A DNA stretch of 42,230 nt from Acaryochloridaceae cyanobacterium VAR_48_metabat_390 (GCA_031422435.1 JANPLU010000122.1:1-42230); one strand, 5' to 3'; counted from the stretch's first letter, positions 29,106-40,008 are shown. The notes: a model not told the origin generated them from the sequence alone. Program-made: numbers and translations.

Positions 29106-29172
29106 GTGGAGGGCAGGTTTTGACAAAATTTTGGGTTAGAGCTGATGCAGGTTTAGCTAAACCTGCCCCTAC
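29106..29172. repeat. GTAG-type REP/MITE-like inverted element
   Basis: Left GTGGAGGGCAGGTTT; right AAACCTGCCCCTAC (reverse complement GTAGGGGCAGGTTT). Confidence 0.6.
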
Positions 29173-29198
29173 CCATGAATCACCGACCCATCAACGCC

Positions 29199-29708
29199 CT
29201 AGATATTTTGTTCGCTAAACTGACGGCACAAATGCTCAAACGGCTGTGCGACTACTGCCGCTGCGTCAACGCCAGCCTCTGCGACCTGTTCTTGCACAAC
29301 GGCTTTCATAATTTGAATGCCGCGTACCGTGGGGCCAATGGGCACACCCAAAGAGTTATAGGTTTCCCGCAGTCCTTCTAAGACGCGCTCATTGAGTACG
29401 TCCATATCGCCAGCCACCAGCGCATAGCTGGCATAGCGAAGGTAGTAGTCCATGTCGCGTAAGCAGGCTGCGTAGCGACGGGTAGTGTAGGCATTACCAC
29501 CAGGACGAATCAGCTCAGGGTTTTCATCAAACAGGCGTGAGCCGGCTGTCTTGACAATTTGGGCAGCATTGCCAGTAATGATTGATGCAGCCTGAATTCT
29601 GGCAGCGCCGCTCCCAAAGTAGGCTTTGAGGGTATCAATCGCATCTCGGTCTAAGTAGCGACCTGTAATGTCATAACTCCCAATGACAGCAGTCACTGCA
29701 TCCTGCAT
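29199..29708 (-). CDS. apcF: Allophycocyanin beta-18 subunit
   Basis: MQDAVT..I..YD.TGRYLDR, ELIRPGGNAYTTRRYAACLRDMDYYLRYA, 169 aa. Confidence 0.95.
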   Translation of the reverse strand: MQDAVTAVIGSYDITGRYLDRDAIDTLKAYFGSGAARIQAASIITGNAAQIVKTAGSRLFDENPELIRPGGNAYTTRRYAACLRDMDYYLRYASYALVAGDMDVLNERVLEGLRETYNSLGVPIGPTVRGIQIMKAVVQEQVAEAGVDAAAVVAQPFEHLCRQFSEQNI

Positions 29709-29944
29709 GAGTTCCTCTCCCAACAAAGTTCAGTAATGATGATCGTGGCTTACCAGACGGGCTTTCCCTAATTTCTAATTTTTGCAGATTAGGTGCCTTG
29801 TTTCGTAAACTTTAGCGCGCAGTTGATAAAGCTTTATAGCTCTAACCGCTCTCTACACGGCTATCTTAGCGGTTTATCGGCACCTCATTAAAATCATTAA
29901 GAATTGCTGCGCAGTTTCAGACGAACCCGAGTCAGGCTAAACCT

Positions 29945-29985
29945 AAAAAGTGGCGATTTCCCCTAACAGAGAAATCGCCACTTTT
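29945..29985 (-). terminator. Rho-independent terminator for glnN
   Basis: AAAAAGTGGCGATTTC-loop-GAAATCGCCACTTTT perfect stem. Confidence 0.85.
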
Positions 29986-30015
29986 GTTAACTAATCGATG
30001 TAGAGGCTTAGAAGC

Positions 30016-32187
30016 CTACTTCACAAACAGCATTTCCTGATAGGTCGGCAAAGGCCAACAATCGTCTGCCACTTCCCCTTCTAGAGCGTCAGCATACTCG
30101 CGCACCTTGTCCATCAAAGGTCGAATGGTTTGGGCACAGTACTGCATGTGATCCTCAGTGGTAGAGAAATCGTGTTTCTCCAGCGCTGCTCTGAGCTTGC
30201 TGACGGTGTCCATCATCAATTGAACCAACCCTGCCACCTTATCAGCCGTTTCCTGTTCTAGGGTGATGCCAATCGCCTTCAGGCTGGTGATGGTGCTAGA
30301 CAGTTCAGCCAAATACCTTACTGCTGCGGGGTAGATGATGGTTTTGGCCATGCTCACCACTAGCTTGGCTTCTACATCGATCGCCAAGATGTACTGTTCA
30401 GAGTACACATCAAAACGACTTTCAAGCTCTACGGGGGTCAATACACCCACGCGATTGAACAATTCTTCGATGTAGTCTGCTTTCAGAACGGGTAGCGCAT
30501 CGGCGGTGGTGCGGAGATTCGCTAGCCCACGCTCTTCAACCGCCATTTTATGCCATTCTTCTGAGTAGCCATTGCCGCCAAATACGACATTGCTGTGTCT
30601 CTCCATAATTTCTTTGAGGACTTCATGGGCAGCTGCGCTGAGGTCGAGTCCAGACGTCATTTTGCCATCAAGTTCGTCAGCAACCCAGGTCAAAGAGTCT
30701 GCCAAGACGGTGTTCATTGCCACCAGTGGACCCGACACCGACTGGTTAGAGCCAACGGCGCGAAACTCAAAGCGGTTGCCCGTAAAGGCAAAGGGAGAAG
30801 TGCGGTTGCGATCGCCAGGGTCTTTTGAGAACACAGGCAATGTATCTACCCCTAAATCCATCATGCCACCGGGTTCAGAGCTTTCTGGCACGCCCCTACT
30901 AATTTGGTCAAATACCTTTTCAAGCTGACTGCCCAGATAGACCGAGATGATGGCCGGGGGCGCTTCGTTGGCACCCAAACGGTGATCGTTGCTGGCGGTT
31001 GCCACCACAGCCCGCATTAGCGGCCCATACTTATGAATACCGCGAATCACAGCGCCGCAAAACAGCAGAAACTGAAGGTTTGCATGGGGTGTATCGCCTG
31101 GATCGAGCAGGTTGCCTTGCGTCGCGTTGCCCACGGACCAGTTGACGTGTTTCCCAGAACCATTAATGCCTGCAAACGGCTTCTCATGGAGCAGACAGAC
31201 AAAGCCATGCTTCTTTGCCGTCATCTTAAGGATGGTCATGATGAGCTGTTGGTGATCGCTCGCTACGTTGGCAGCCTCAAAGAATGGCGCTAGCTCAAAC
31301 TGCCCCGGAGCCACCTCATTGTGGCGCGTTTTTGCCGGAATCCCCAGCCGATACATGCGCTCTTCCACGTCCTGCATAAAGACCTGAACACGCTCAGGAA
31401 TGGCGCCAAAGTAGTGGTCATCAAACTGTTGACCTTTGGCAGCGGGCTTTCCAAATAGGGTTCTGCCCGTCAGCAGCAAATCAGGACGGTTATGGGCAAA
31501 GTGAGAATCTACTAAAAAGTATTCTTGCTCGGCACCGCAGCTAGAGTTAACGGGCGCGACGTCATCATGTCCCAATAGCTTCAATACGCGCACGGCAGCC
31601 TTACTCATAGCCGAAATGGAGCGCAGCAGCGGCGTTTTTTTATCGAGGGCTTCACCAGTCCAAGAAATAAATACCGTGGGGATGCATAACGTTACCCCAT
31701 TGTCCGTTTCCATCACGTAGGCCGGGCTTGTGACATCCCAGGCAGTGTAGCCCCGTGCTTCAAACGTAGAGCGTAAGCCGCCATTGGGGAAAGAAGACCC
31801 ATCCGGCTCACCCTGCACCAGCACCTTTCCAGAAAACTCGGTCAGAACCGACCCGTCACTCTGAACCGAAATAAAGCCGTCATGTTTTTCGGCGGTTGCA
31901 TTGGTCATGGGATAAAAGACGTGGGCGTAGTAAAGCGCACCTTTAGAAATTGCCCAGTCTTTCATGGCAGAGGCAACGACTCCCGCAACAGATACATCAA
32001 GCTTTCCGCCTGTGTGAATTGTTTTTTTGATGGACTTAAAAACGTCCTTAGGCAGACTGGCCTGCATTTTGCTGAGTGTAAAAACATCCGTTGCCCAGAG
32101 GGATTCTAATCGCTGGGGGATTTTGGACGGCAGTGGCTTGCGATCCGTAACCTGAGAAACTGCCTGAACGCGCAATTCGTGACTCAT
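30016..32187 (-). CDS. glnN: Glutamine synthetase type III
   Basis: 723 aa; [72 protein letters not shown]. Confidence 0.96.
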   Translation of the reverse strand: MSHELRVQAVSQVTDRKPLPSKIPQRLESLWATDVFTLSKMQASLPKDVFKSIKKTIHTGGKLDVSVAGVVASAMKDWAISKGALYYAHVFYPMTNATAEKHDGFISVQSDGSVLTEFSGKVLVQGEPDGSSFPNGGLRSTFEARGYTAWDVTSPAYVMETDNGVTLCIPTVFISWTGEALDKKTPLLRSISAMSKAAVRVLKLLGHDDVAPVNSSCGAEQEYFLVDSHFAHNRPDLLLTGRTLFGKPAAKGQQFDDHYFGAIPERVQVFMQDVEERMYRLGIPAKTRHNEVAPGQFELAPFFEAANVASDHQQLIMTILKMTAKKHGFVCLLHEKPFAGINGSGKHVNWSVGNATQGNLLDPGDTPHANLQFLLFCGAVIRGIHKYGPLMRAVVATASNDHRLGANEAPPAIISVYLGSQLEKVFDQISRGVPESSEPGGMMDLGVDTLPVFSKDPGDRNRTSPFAFTGNRFEFRAVGSNQSVSGPLVAMNTVLADSLTWVADELDGKMTSGLDLSAAAHEVLKEIMERHSNVVFGGNGYSEEWHKMAVEERGLANLRTTADALPVLKADYIEELFNRVGVLTPVELESRFDVYSEQYILAIDVEAKLVVSMAKTIIYPAAVRYLAELSSTITSLKAIGITLEQETADKVAGLVQLMMDTVSKLRAALEKHDFSTTEDHMQYCAQTIRPLMDKVREYADALEGEVADDCWPLPTYQEMLFVK

Positions 32188-32221
32188 CTTTATTTTTCTC
32201 CCTCAGATGCCATAACGGGTA

Positions 32222-32263
32222 ATAATACTTTGTCAGACTTGAACAAAATGTGACGACAGTAAC
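32222..32263 (-). promoter_or_regulatory. Putative class II NtcA-type promoter of glnN (degenerate box)
   Basis: Minus strand GTT-N8-CAC, 22 nt, TATTAT; spacing matches GTA-N8-TAC-N22-TAN3T. Confidence 0.5.
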
Positions 32264-32519
32264 GGTTTGAAGTGTGAAATCATGCCTAGGTAAGTAGATA
32301 AAACAGGCTAGGCTAGGCCGTCTTTTTTGGGATCGCTGCATGGCTGGCAGCATATTTTTTTGACATTAAGGTCTAAAAGACTTAAATAGAGTTAGTATCC
32401 GCTGTTGTAACGCATAAAAGCAGCACTCAGCTGAGCAAGTTGTCTGCTTGTTCGATTTTACAAAATTACATAGAGCCTCAGCCAGCCCCTTTTTCGATTT
32501 TTAGGCCAAGACAGCCCCT

Positions 32520-33533
32520 ATGCCAGATCCATCTAGTTCTCAGCCCTCTGAAAACGCTTTAGCCGTGGAAGACAATACGCTTCTTTTAGAACGAGCAAGT
32601 CAAGGAGACACAGCAGCCTTGAAACAGTTCTTAGATCTGAAACTCATTAGCCGTAAGGTCAGGATTGTTGAAATTGAAATACGACAAGAGCGTCTACAGC
32701 TAAGCCTTTCGGGGCTTGAGGTTCCGGATCAGAGTATTTTTGAGCCATTGCTGCAAAGATGGATTGCGCCACTAGGTCTTACCTACATTTCAACCGTTGA
32801 GCTATACGGGCAAAGAGAAGGGTCTGATTTACCTTTTTGGCGTTCTTCTTTTAACCCGAGTGAGATTGATCTAAACCATTTAGACTCCATCATTGAGCCT
32901 GAAGGTACCCCACCCACTGTATTTATCGATCCACTCCAAGTCGAGTTTAAGGCACCTACGCTTTCTGGTCTGACGGAAGTTCTTTTCCCTGAAGCGTCAA
33001 TTCAAGCTCAATCTATCCCTGTCCCGCTGACAGCTTTTGCGCTAGGCATCCCGAAGGATGATGACAGTGCCAATGCGGATGGGGTTACGAATGAAAAAGA
33101 TATAAAGTCTTCTACAACCCCAGGGATGTCTGAAGAAAAGACGGAGGCTGTTAAGGATTTCTTGGCACGATACGCAGCAGGAGAACGAGACTTTGCCAAA
33201 ATCAACCTTAACGAAGCAGATCTATCTGGGGTCAATTTAACCCTGGCAAATCTTCAGACCTCTGAACTGATCTGGGCCAACCTTGAGAAAGCAAACCTTT
33301 ACTACATCAATCTTAGTAGTGCAAAACTGCGCCATGCCAACCTTAGTGGAGCCATGCTTCGCAGCTCCAATCTCCAGGGGACAGATTTTTTAAATGCAAA
33401 CCTAAGGGGCGCAGATTTAAGCTGGTCTAATCTCAATGGCGCAAATTTAACCGGTGCGGATTTGACGGATGCGAATCTTAAAAACGCCATTTTAGATCGC
33501 GTCATCTTACCCGATGGCACGCTTTTAGACTAA
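32520..33533 (+). CDS. Pentapeptide repeat protein with N-terminal extension
   Basis: Y.AGERDF followed by A(D/N)LxX repeats; ends LPDGT. Confidence 0.9.
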   Translation: MPDPSSSQPSENALAVEDNTLLLERASQGDTAALKQFLDLKLISRKVRIVEIEIRQERLQLSLSGLEVPDQSIFEPLLQRWIAPLGLTYISTVELYGQREGSDLPFWRSSFNPSEIDLNHLDSIIEPEGTPPTVFIDPLQVEFKAPTLSGLTEVLFPEASIQAQSIPVPLTAFALGIPKDDDSANADGVTNEKDIKSSTTPGMSEEKTEAVKDFLARYAAGERDFAKINLNEADLSGVNLTLANLQTSELIWANLEKANLYYINLSSAKLRHANLSGAMLRSSNLQGTDFLNANLRGADLSWSNLNGANLTGADLTDANLKNAILDRVILPDGTLLD

Positions 33534-33538
33534 GGCTA

Positions 33539-34909
33539 ATGTCAATTGCGAACTTTGACCTAGTGGTGATAGGGGCAACGACTGCCGCAGAGGCAGCCGC
33601 AATCTCTGCGGCGCAAACTCATGCCCGTGTTGCCTGGGCACCTAATACTAGTCTTACGTCTAATCCGTTGTTACTTTTGCGGGAGAGCTCCTATCGTTTT
33701 GCTCAGCTCAAAGGCTGTGATCAAAAGGATTGGCGGCAATGGACGGATACCTTGATGTTGGCGTATGGTGCAAAGCAGTCACCGTCTGTCGTCCAATCCT
33801 ATGGTGTGGAATATATACAAGGCTCTGTTCTGTTTGAGCACAATGATTCTTGGGTGGGAGAACGATTGCTGCGATCGCGCGCATACCTACTGGCCCTCGA
33901 CCCAGAAGAGACGCTTCCAAACATTTCGGGAATCGACCATCCAAAGGTTTGGACGATTTCGCATCTTTGGGATATGCTACGCCGCACAGATCAAAATTGG
34001 CCTCAATCCATCGCTATTTTGGGTAATGGTTCCCAAGCCATTGAGCTGAGCCAAAGTCTGCGGCGCTTAGGTCTCTCGGTTTTGCTGATAACGAGGAACA
34101 GCTCACTGCTGCCTCAAGAGGATGAAGAAACCGCTTTTTTGCTTCAGTCTTATTTAGAAGGCAGTGGTATCCAAGTTGCAACTCAGGGAGATCTGACGAC
34201 AATAATGCCTTTGCCTGATGGCGCGCTTTTACTAGAAGTAAAGGACTCTAAATTTAATGCCGAAATGCTGGTGATTGCGACTGAAACATTTGGGCGTTTA
34301 CCAGCGATGTTAGATTCGCTAAATCTACGGCAAACAGCTCAAGGCGTTGCGGTAGACCCTACCCTGCAAACCTCAAATCCACGCATTTATGCAGTCGGCT
34401 CTCTCTTAGGTGGTTATCAACTGCCCAGTATTGCGCTGCGAGAAGCAAAGCTTGCGGTACAAAATGCGCTGTTTGAGAAACGATCGCCCATCCAGTACCA
34501 TCAACTTCCTTATGCTATCCACAGCGATCCGCCCTTGGCGAGGGTGGGGCTGACGGAAGCCCAAGCACGGCGACACGACCCGAAGGTTGAGGTATTGCGG
34601 CAGACCTATAAAGACTGCGATCGCGCTCAATTCAACTTATCTCCCGTGGGGTTATGTAAAGTATTGGTGCAGCCAAACGGCATAATATTGGGTGCCCATA
34701 TTGTGGGAGACTCGGCACCAGACCTGATTCATTTATTTGCGTTGGCTATTGAGCAACAGATTACGCTTCAGACCCTCGGTGAGCTGAGGTACATTGCGTC
34801 AACATTTACCGAGATTGTTGGGCAAGTTACCCAGGAGTGGCTGTGGCGGCAGCATCAACGCGATCGCGATGAGCGTTGGTTTTACAACCGCCGTCAGAAT
34901 GTTCGTTAG
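33539..34909 (+). CDS. Pyridine nucleotide-disulfide oxidoreductase-like flavoprotein (MerA/LpdA-like, divergent)
   Basis: [33 protein letters not shown]; lacks the CxxxxC redox pair. Confidence 0.8.
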   Translation: MSIANFDLVVIGATTAAEAAAISAAQTHARVAWAPNTSLTSNPLLLLRESSYRFAQLKGCDQKDWRQWTDTLMLAYGAKQSPSVVQSYGVEYIQGSVLFEHNDSWVGERLLRSRAYLLALDPEETLPNISGIDHPKVWTISHLWDMLRRTDQNWPQSIAILGNGSQAIELSQSLRRLGLSVLLITRNSSLLPQEDEETAFLLQSYLEGSGIQVATQGDLTTIMPLPDGALLLEVKDSKFNAEMLVIATETFGRLPAMLDSLNLRQTAQGVAVDPTLQTSNPRIYAVGSLLGGYQLPSIALREAKLAVQNALFEKRSPIQYHQLPYAIHSDPPLARVGLTEAQARRHDPKVEVLRQTYKDCDRAQFNLSPVGLCKVLVQPNGIILGAHIVGDSAPDLIHLFALAIEQQITLQTLGELRYIASTFTEIVGQVTQEWLWRQHQRDRDERWFYNRRQNVR

Positions 34910-34931
34910 CCCCCTCTCAAAATATCTTGCT

Positions 34932-35369
34932 ATGAAGCTCAAAATAAAACGGCTTGTAGAGTCTGCCATTATTCCTCAGTATGCCCATCTGGGAGATGCA
35001 GGGCTAGATCTGGTATCTATTGAGGCAAAAACGATTGCGCCGGGGGCAAGTCAGCTGATTCGTACGGGTATTGCCATTGAGCTGCCCCCAGGCACCGAGG
35101 CTCAGGTGCGGCCTCGCAGCGGATTGGCGCTCAAACATCAGCTTACGGTGCTAAATACGCCTGGCACCATTGATGAAGGCTATCGTGGCGAAATTTGCGT
35201 CATTTTGATCAATCATGGCTCTCAGACTTTTCAGGTAGAGCCAGGGATGCGGATTGCTCAGATGGTGATTACGTCATTTATTCGCGTGACGGTGGAGGCT
35301 GTGGATGTGCTTTTAGAAGATACGGCGCGTTCATCTGGCGGCTTTGGTTCTACGGGAGTCAAAGGCTAA
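34932..35369 (+). CDS. dut: dUTP diphosphatase
   Basis: [38 protein letters not shown]. Confidence 0.96.
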   Translation: MKLKIKRLVESAIIPQYAHLGDAGLDLVSIEAKTIAPGASQLIRTGIAIELPPGTEAQVRPRSGLALKHQLTVLNTPGTIDEGYRGEICVILINHGSQTFQVEPGMRIAQMVITSFIRVTVEAVDVLLEDTARSSGGFGSTGVKG

Positions 35370-35505
35370 GGCGAATGACTACCAGCCCATAGCCCATCTG
35401 TTGAAGTGGAGTATTTGATTCAACGTTAATAGCATTTCGGTTCTGTGTCAGTAAATGTTCATGTTGACGCTAAACTTTTAGGGTTAATGGCATGGAGCAA
35501 CCCTC

Positions 35506-36396
35506 GTGGCGATCGCAGAACTCTCAACCCTAGAGCCTTTGGGTACTGTTTTAATTGCTCAAGCCACCGCCCAGAGTGAAATTTTAACGTGGGTGCAGGC
35601 CGTTATTTTAGGTATTGTGCAGGGCATTACCGAGTTTTTGCCGATTAGCAGTACGGCACATCTCCTCATCTTTACCGATATCTTGGGCTGGAAATCCCTT
35701 TGGACAAAAGAAGCCACCGATGCGATTCAGTTTGGCAGCGTGGTTGCGGTAGTCCTGTACTTTTGGAAAGACATTCAGCAAATTTTAGGGGGGGCGATCG
35801 CCGCCTTGCAGGCCAAAGACTGGCAGCGTGAAGAATGGAAAATTCTGACTGGCATTATTGCAGGTACTATTCCTGCCCTTGCCGTCGGTTTTGTGCTTAA
35901 AAAAGTGCTGAATATTTCACTAGAAAGTCCCATCCTCATTGCCGTAATGTCGATCGTAATGTCGCTGGGGCTGGCACTCGCAGAAAAAATTGGCATTCGT
36001 AAGCGCGGCTTTGACCAGCTAGAGGTGAAAGATGGCTTTCTTGTGGGTTTAGGTCAAATGATTGCCCTTTTACCAGGGGCATCTCGTTCTGGATCAACCC
36101 TAACCGCTGGCCTGCTGCTCGGTTTAGAGCGCGATACAGCCGCTCGGTTTTCATTTTTGCTTGGCATCCCAGCACTTACCATTGCAACTCTTGTCCAGGG
36201 TAAGGATGCCTTGAGTCAGCAAGGTATGCTGCTTCCCCTTTTAATTGGCACAGCTTCATCTTTTGTGTTTTCGTATCTCTCCATTGCTTGGCTGCTGAAG
36301 TTTCTTAGAAATCACAATACCTGGGGATTCGTTTGGTATCGTTTGGGGTTAGGGGTTGCACTGCTGATTGCAGTTATTTCAGGTCAGCTCAAGTAA
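35506..36396 (+). CDS. uppP: Undecaprenyl-diphosphate phosphatase
   Basis: LGIVQGITEFLPISSTAHL, PGASRSGST, ARFSFLL, F.WYR. Confidence 0.95.
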   Translation: MAIAELSTLEPLGTVLIAQATAQSEILTWVQAVILGIVQGITEFLPISSTAHLLIFTDILGWKSLWTKEATDAIQFGSVVAVVLYFWKDIQQILGGAIAALQAKDWQREEWKILTGIIAGTIPALAVGFVLKKVLNISLESPILIAVMSIVMSLGLALAEKIGIRKRGFDQLEVKDGFLVGLGQMIALLPGASRSGSTLTAGLLLGLERDTAARFSFLLGIPALTIATLVQGKDALSQQGMLLPLLIGTASSFVFSYLSIAWLLKFLRNHNTWGFVWYRLGLGVALLIAVISGQLK

Positions 36397-36505
36397 ATTG
36401 TTTCCCACCGCGAAACGGGTTAAATATGGCTAAGACAAGTAATGCACTTTAACGATTTGAGATAAAGTCGCACATCTCAACAGCACTGGCTCTCAGCTCA
36501 ATGGC

Positions 36506-37696
36506 TTAACCTTTTGATTTAACAGTGGGTTGTTGCGCCGTAAGACGAGCCGTTTGAAGCGCCTTCGCCAGTTGAATCATCGTCGTCTGAAGTTCAGTAG
36601 TCGGGTCAACCGCAACCATCCCTTCAGGCGTGGCCTGTAGTGCTTCAAAGTGGAGGTGAGGACCAGTAGAGTTACCCGTACTGCCAACTAAACCAATGAC
36701 CGTCCCCTGCTGCACCCACTGTCCAGGTTTTACAAAGACTTCCGATAAATGCGCATAGCGAGTCTCTTGCTTACCTTGATTGTGGTCTAGCAAAATCGAA
36801 AGTCCATAGCCGCCCAAAAATTCTGCCACGCTAACCTTGCCAGAATAGGCTGCTAACACCGGAGTGCCCATTGGCGCACCTAGGTCGGTACCGGAATGGA
36901 AACGCCATTCGCCCGTAATGGGGTGAACCCGCCAGCCAAAAATAGAGGTGATATCCACCGGATTGACCAGCGGAAAAATCATGCGCTCCCCACCGTTTAG
37001 AATCCACTTTAGGGGGTTTGCGCCCGTCAGTGGCTTAATGGCTAAGTTTTGGGGCGGCACGGCAGTATAGTTCAAGGCTCCTTGAATCGTTTGAGCGCTA
37101 ACGCTTTCTGCGTTTTTAGCGCCTTCAGGTGCAGCCCAGCGATTACTCGCCCAAGCGGGAGGCTGCTCACCTGCTTCAGACGGTGAAGCATAGATCGATT
37201 GAGCAGGGGGAGCAGCACACAAGCTGGCAGCGACCGATTGGCTAGCTGACAAAGTGGCTTGGCAACCAGATGAGCGCTCGTTAACCACCACCTGGTCTGG
37301 GGGAGCGTAGGGTTCCGTTGCACCTACGCTGTAGTCTTTCGTATCAATGTAGGGTTCGGAGGCTTGAGGGATGAGTGCTGGCTCAATTGCAGCAGGAGCT
37401 TGGGCTGCGGGGGCAATCGGTTCTGGCTCAAGCGGTGCGGCTGAATACGGTTCCGGTGCAGCGATAGGTTCTGGTGCAGCGATAGGTTCTGGCACGTCGG
37501 GTGCAGCAGCAGGCTCTGGTGCTGTATTGGAGGCGGTAGAAGAGGGTTCTGCAATAACCAGATCGGACGCTGTAGACCGCGTAAAGGCTCCTAGCCCTAG
37601 GAGGCTGCTCAGACTCATCCATACGCTCAGCATCAGCAGGGATTGGATGCGACGTGATTTAGGACAAGTCTGAACGGTAGGGTTTTGGTGCTTCAT
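36506..37696 (-). CDS. M23 family metallopeptidase with Pro/Ala-rich linker
   Basis: ITS.FGWR.HPI, HSGTD (HxxxD), YAHL, GSTG.STGPHLHFE. Confidence 0.92.
   Translation of the reverse strand: MKHQNPTVQTCPKSRRIQSLLMLSVWMSLSSLLGLGAFTRSTASDLVIAEPSSTASNTAPEPAAAPDVPEPIAAPEPIAAPEPYSAAPLEPEPIAPAAQAPAAIEPALIPQASEPYIDTKDYSVGATEPYAPPDQVVVNERSSGCQATLSASQSVAASLCAAPPAQSIYASPSEAGEQPPAWASNRWAAPEGAKNAESVSAQTIQGALNYTAVPPQNLAIKPLTGANPLKWILNGGERMIFPLVNPVDITSIFGWRVHPITGEWRFHSGTDLGAPMGTPVLAAYSGKVSVAEFLGGYGLSILLDHNQGKQETRYAHLSEVFVKPGQWVQQGTVIGLVGSTGNSTGPHLHFEALQATPEGMVAVDPTTELQTTMIQLAKALQTARLTAQQPTVKSKG
37449..37492 (-). repeat. 18-bp in-frame tandem repeat (about 2.5 units) encoding PEPIAA
   Basis: GGTTCCGGTGCAGCGATA GGTTCTGGTGCAGCGATA GGTTCTGG. 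Confidence 0.8.
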
Positions 37697-37928
37697 CTGG
37701 CAAATCCTCTCGGGCTTCGAGTAATGATAGTTATCACGATTGAGTAGAAATCAAGGCAATCGTTTTGAACTAAGCTTTTTCTATTATGGGGAGCGATGCG
37801 AAACTTTGCTGAAGTTCATGCAAAATTGTCAGGTGTACGCCGGGTTGTTTGATGTACAGAAGACGGCTTCTGGACTGTTTCTGTTCTCCATCATAGAGAT
37901 TTTTTGAATTTGTTAGGTTAAGACACGT

Positions 37929-39275
37929 TTGATGAGCGCATCTCCTTTAACTCGCTGCTATAGATTAATTACCAGTTCTAGCCGACTTGCGGCGATCGCT
38001 ATCTGCCTCGCGCTGCTCTCCAGCGGTTGCCAAAAATCCTCTCCTTCTGCGGTTGCGTCCTCTGCGCCTATACAGTCACCCCTTCCTGCGCCCCCCCCGC
38101 TCATTGCAAGCAATTTTGCACCCTTGTCTGGCAATCTTAAGCCCGTCATCAGCACGTTTGTGATGTCTGCTGCCAATACCCTATTGCCCAAAACGCAGGG
38201 GGTTTGGATTCAAAGCGATGGGGCATTGCTGGGAGACTATCAAGGCAACGTGCCCTTATCAGCAGCATCTTTAACAAAAGCCGCGACGTCCTTGGCGGCG
38301 CTGCAAACCCTTGGGGCAGGCTATCGCTACCAGACCAAGGTGGGGGTTACGGGTGTGGTGCAGAAGGGCGTTCTCAAGGGGGATTTAGTGATTCAAGGGG
38401 GGCAAGATCCATTCTTTGTTTGGGAAGATGCGATCGCCCTGGGCAATCTCCTCACTCAAGAGGGCATCCAGCAAATTGACGGCAATCTTGTCATCCAAGG
38501 GCCGTTTTATATGAACTTTGAAACGCAGGCAGCAGCGGCAGGGATCGCGCTACGTCAGGGTCTAGATTCAGCCGAGTGGACACCAGAAGCGCTTCAGCAG
38601 TACCAAACTTTACCCGCAGCCGTGGCAAAGCCTCAGATCGCAATTAAGGGAAACATTATCTCTGTCAAGGTGCCCCCAGCGAACACGCAGTGGATTGCTC
38701 AGCATCAGTCTCTGCCGCTGGCGAGTTTACTCAAAAAGATGAACCGCTACAGCAATAATCCGATGGCTGACATGATCGCCAACAGCATAGGGGGCGCAGA
38801 TGTAGTGGCAAAAAGGGCGATCGCCGCTACGGGTGTCAGCCCTACAGAAGTTCAGCTCATCAATGGGTCTGGTCTAGCCGTCGAAAATCGAATCTCGCCC
38901 CGTGCCGTCTGCGGCATTTTTAGGGCGATTGAGCGGCTCGTGCAGCCTCAAGGTATGACCATCGCCGATATTTTTACGGTCATCGGTCAAGATGAAAGCG
39001 TGTTAGATCGGCGATCGCTGCCTAAGCAATCCGTTCTCAAATCAGGCACTTTAGATACAGTGAGCGCACTAGCAGGAGCATTGCCCACTCAGCAAGGCGT
39101 AGTGTGGTTTGCCCTGATGAATAGTAATGGTGATGTAGAAGCCTTTCGGAAGCTACAAGAAGCGCTTCTCGTCTCTTTAGAGCAGACTCTCGGTACCGCA
39201 AGCTCACCCGCCCTTAAATCTACAATTCCAGATCCATCGACTGACATTGCCACAAGACTGTGGACACATCTGTAG
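37929..39275 (+). CDS. dacB: D-alanyl-D-alanine carboxypeptidase (PBP4/S13 family), probable lipoprotein
   Basis: Lipobox LSSGC; SxxK (SLTK), SNN, NGSGL, KSG. Confidence 0.88.
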   Translation: MMSASPLTRCYRLITSSSRLAAIAICLALLSSGCQKSSPSAVASSAPIQSPLPAPPPLIASNFAPLSGNLKPVISTFVMSAANTLLPKTQGVWIQSDGALLGDYQGNVPLSAASLTKAATSLAALQTLGAGYRYQTKVGVTGVVQKGVLKGDLVIQGGQDPFFVWEDAIALGNLLTQEGIQQIDGNLVIQGPFYMNFETQAAAAGIALRQGLDSAEWTPEALQQYQTLPAAVAKPQIAIKGNIISVKVPPANTQWIAQHQSLPLASLLKKMNRYSNNPMADMIANSIGGADVVAKRAIAATGVSPTEVQLINGSGLAVENRISPRAVCGIFRAIERLVQPQGMTIADIFTVIGQDESVLDRRSLPKQSVLKSGTLDTVSALAGALPTQQGVVWFALMNSNGDVEAFRKLQEALLVSLEQTLGTASSPALKSTIPDPSTDIATRLWTHL

Positions 39276-39315
39276 GATTTGAAGTAGAGCCATGCGTATC
39301 AACAGGGCAATAGCG

Positions 39316-40008
39316 CTATTGTTTGGGGAACAGCATAATAAGATACTTAACCGTCATCTCTAGCGGCTTCCAGTTGGGGTCTGATGCGGGAATCCTTCGC
39401 TCTCCTGAGACGGCTTTATACGGTGCAGGAAATTGTTTGTCCGTGCCCGGTTTGGGGGCTAATTGGACGATAATCTTGCCAAAGTACAGCTCTAACTGAG
39501 TATCCGTCAGCGGTACGATGCCGCTATAGGGACCCCCAAGCCCCACAACTTGAAACGGCCCCAGTTTTTGCTGAAGCTCAGCGATGGTCATCCCAATGCG
39601 TAGGTCAGCGGGGAGCTTCCAGCCTCGACCCATGTCAATGATTTCATAGGGCTTGGCTTTTGTCTTATCTTGCCAAACAATGGTTAAAGACCAGTCCGGA
39701 CCAAGGTTTACTCTGGTACCAAATTCACGCTCTGTTTCATTCGCGTCCGGTGGGCGCACATCGGTTAAGCGTTCAGCGCCAAATATTTTAATGAGGTCTT
39801 GGTAAGAGGTGGCGGCGGTAATGGGGCCAAAACTTACCCCTGGAACAACTTCTGTATTGAGCGCTGCAGTCCCTTGAGCCACGGTAAGTGGAATAAGTCT
39901 ACTCTGAAGGGGTTGACTCAGGGTGACAGGCTGAATTCCTGTCCACAGGAGTCCGGCACAGATGCTTCCAAGTCCTATCCTGTGGACAGATGACGTTAAA
40001 CGAGTCAT
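39316..40008 (-). CDS. Hypothetical exported protein
   Basis: Signal-peptide-like N-terminus; 230-aa ORF. Confidence 0.7.
   Translation of the reverse strand: MTRLTSSVHRIGLGSICAGLLWTGIQPVTLSQPLQSRLIPLTVAQGTAALNTEVVPGVSFGPITAATSYQDLIKIFGAERLTDVRPPDANETEREFGTRVNLGPDWSLTIVWQDKTKAKPYEIIDMGRGWKLPADLRIGMTIAELQQKLGPFQVVGLGGPYSGIVPLTDTQLELYFGKIIVQLAPKPGTDKQFPAPYKAVSGERRIPASDPNWKPLEMTVKYLIMLFPKQ

Noticed and set aside
30572..32353. Several antisense or overlapping ORFs within glnN, and similar ones within other long genes
   Set aside because: Shadow ORFs of well-supported genes with no recognisable motifs.
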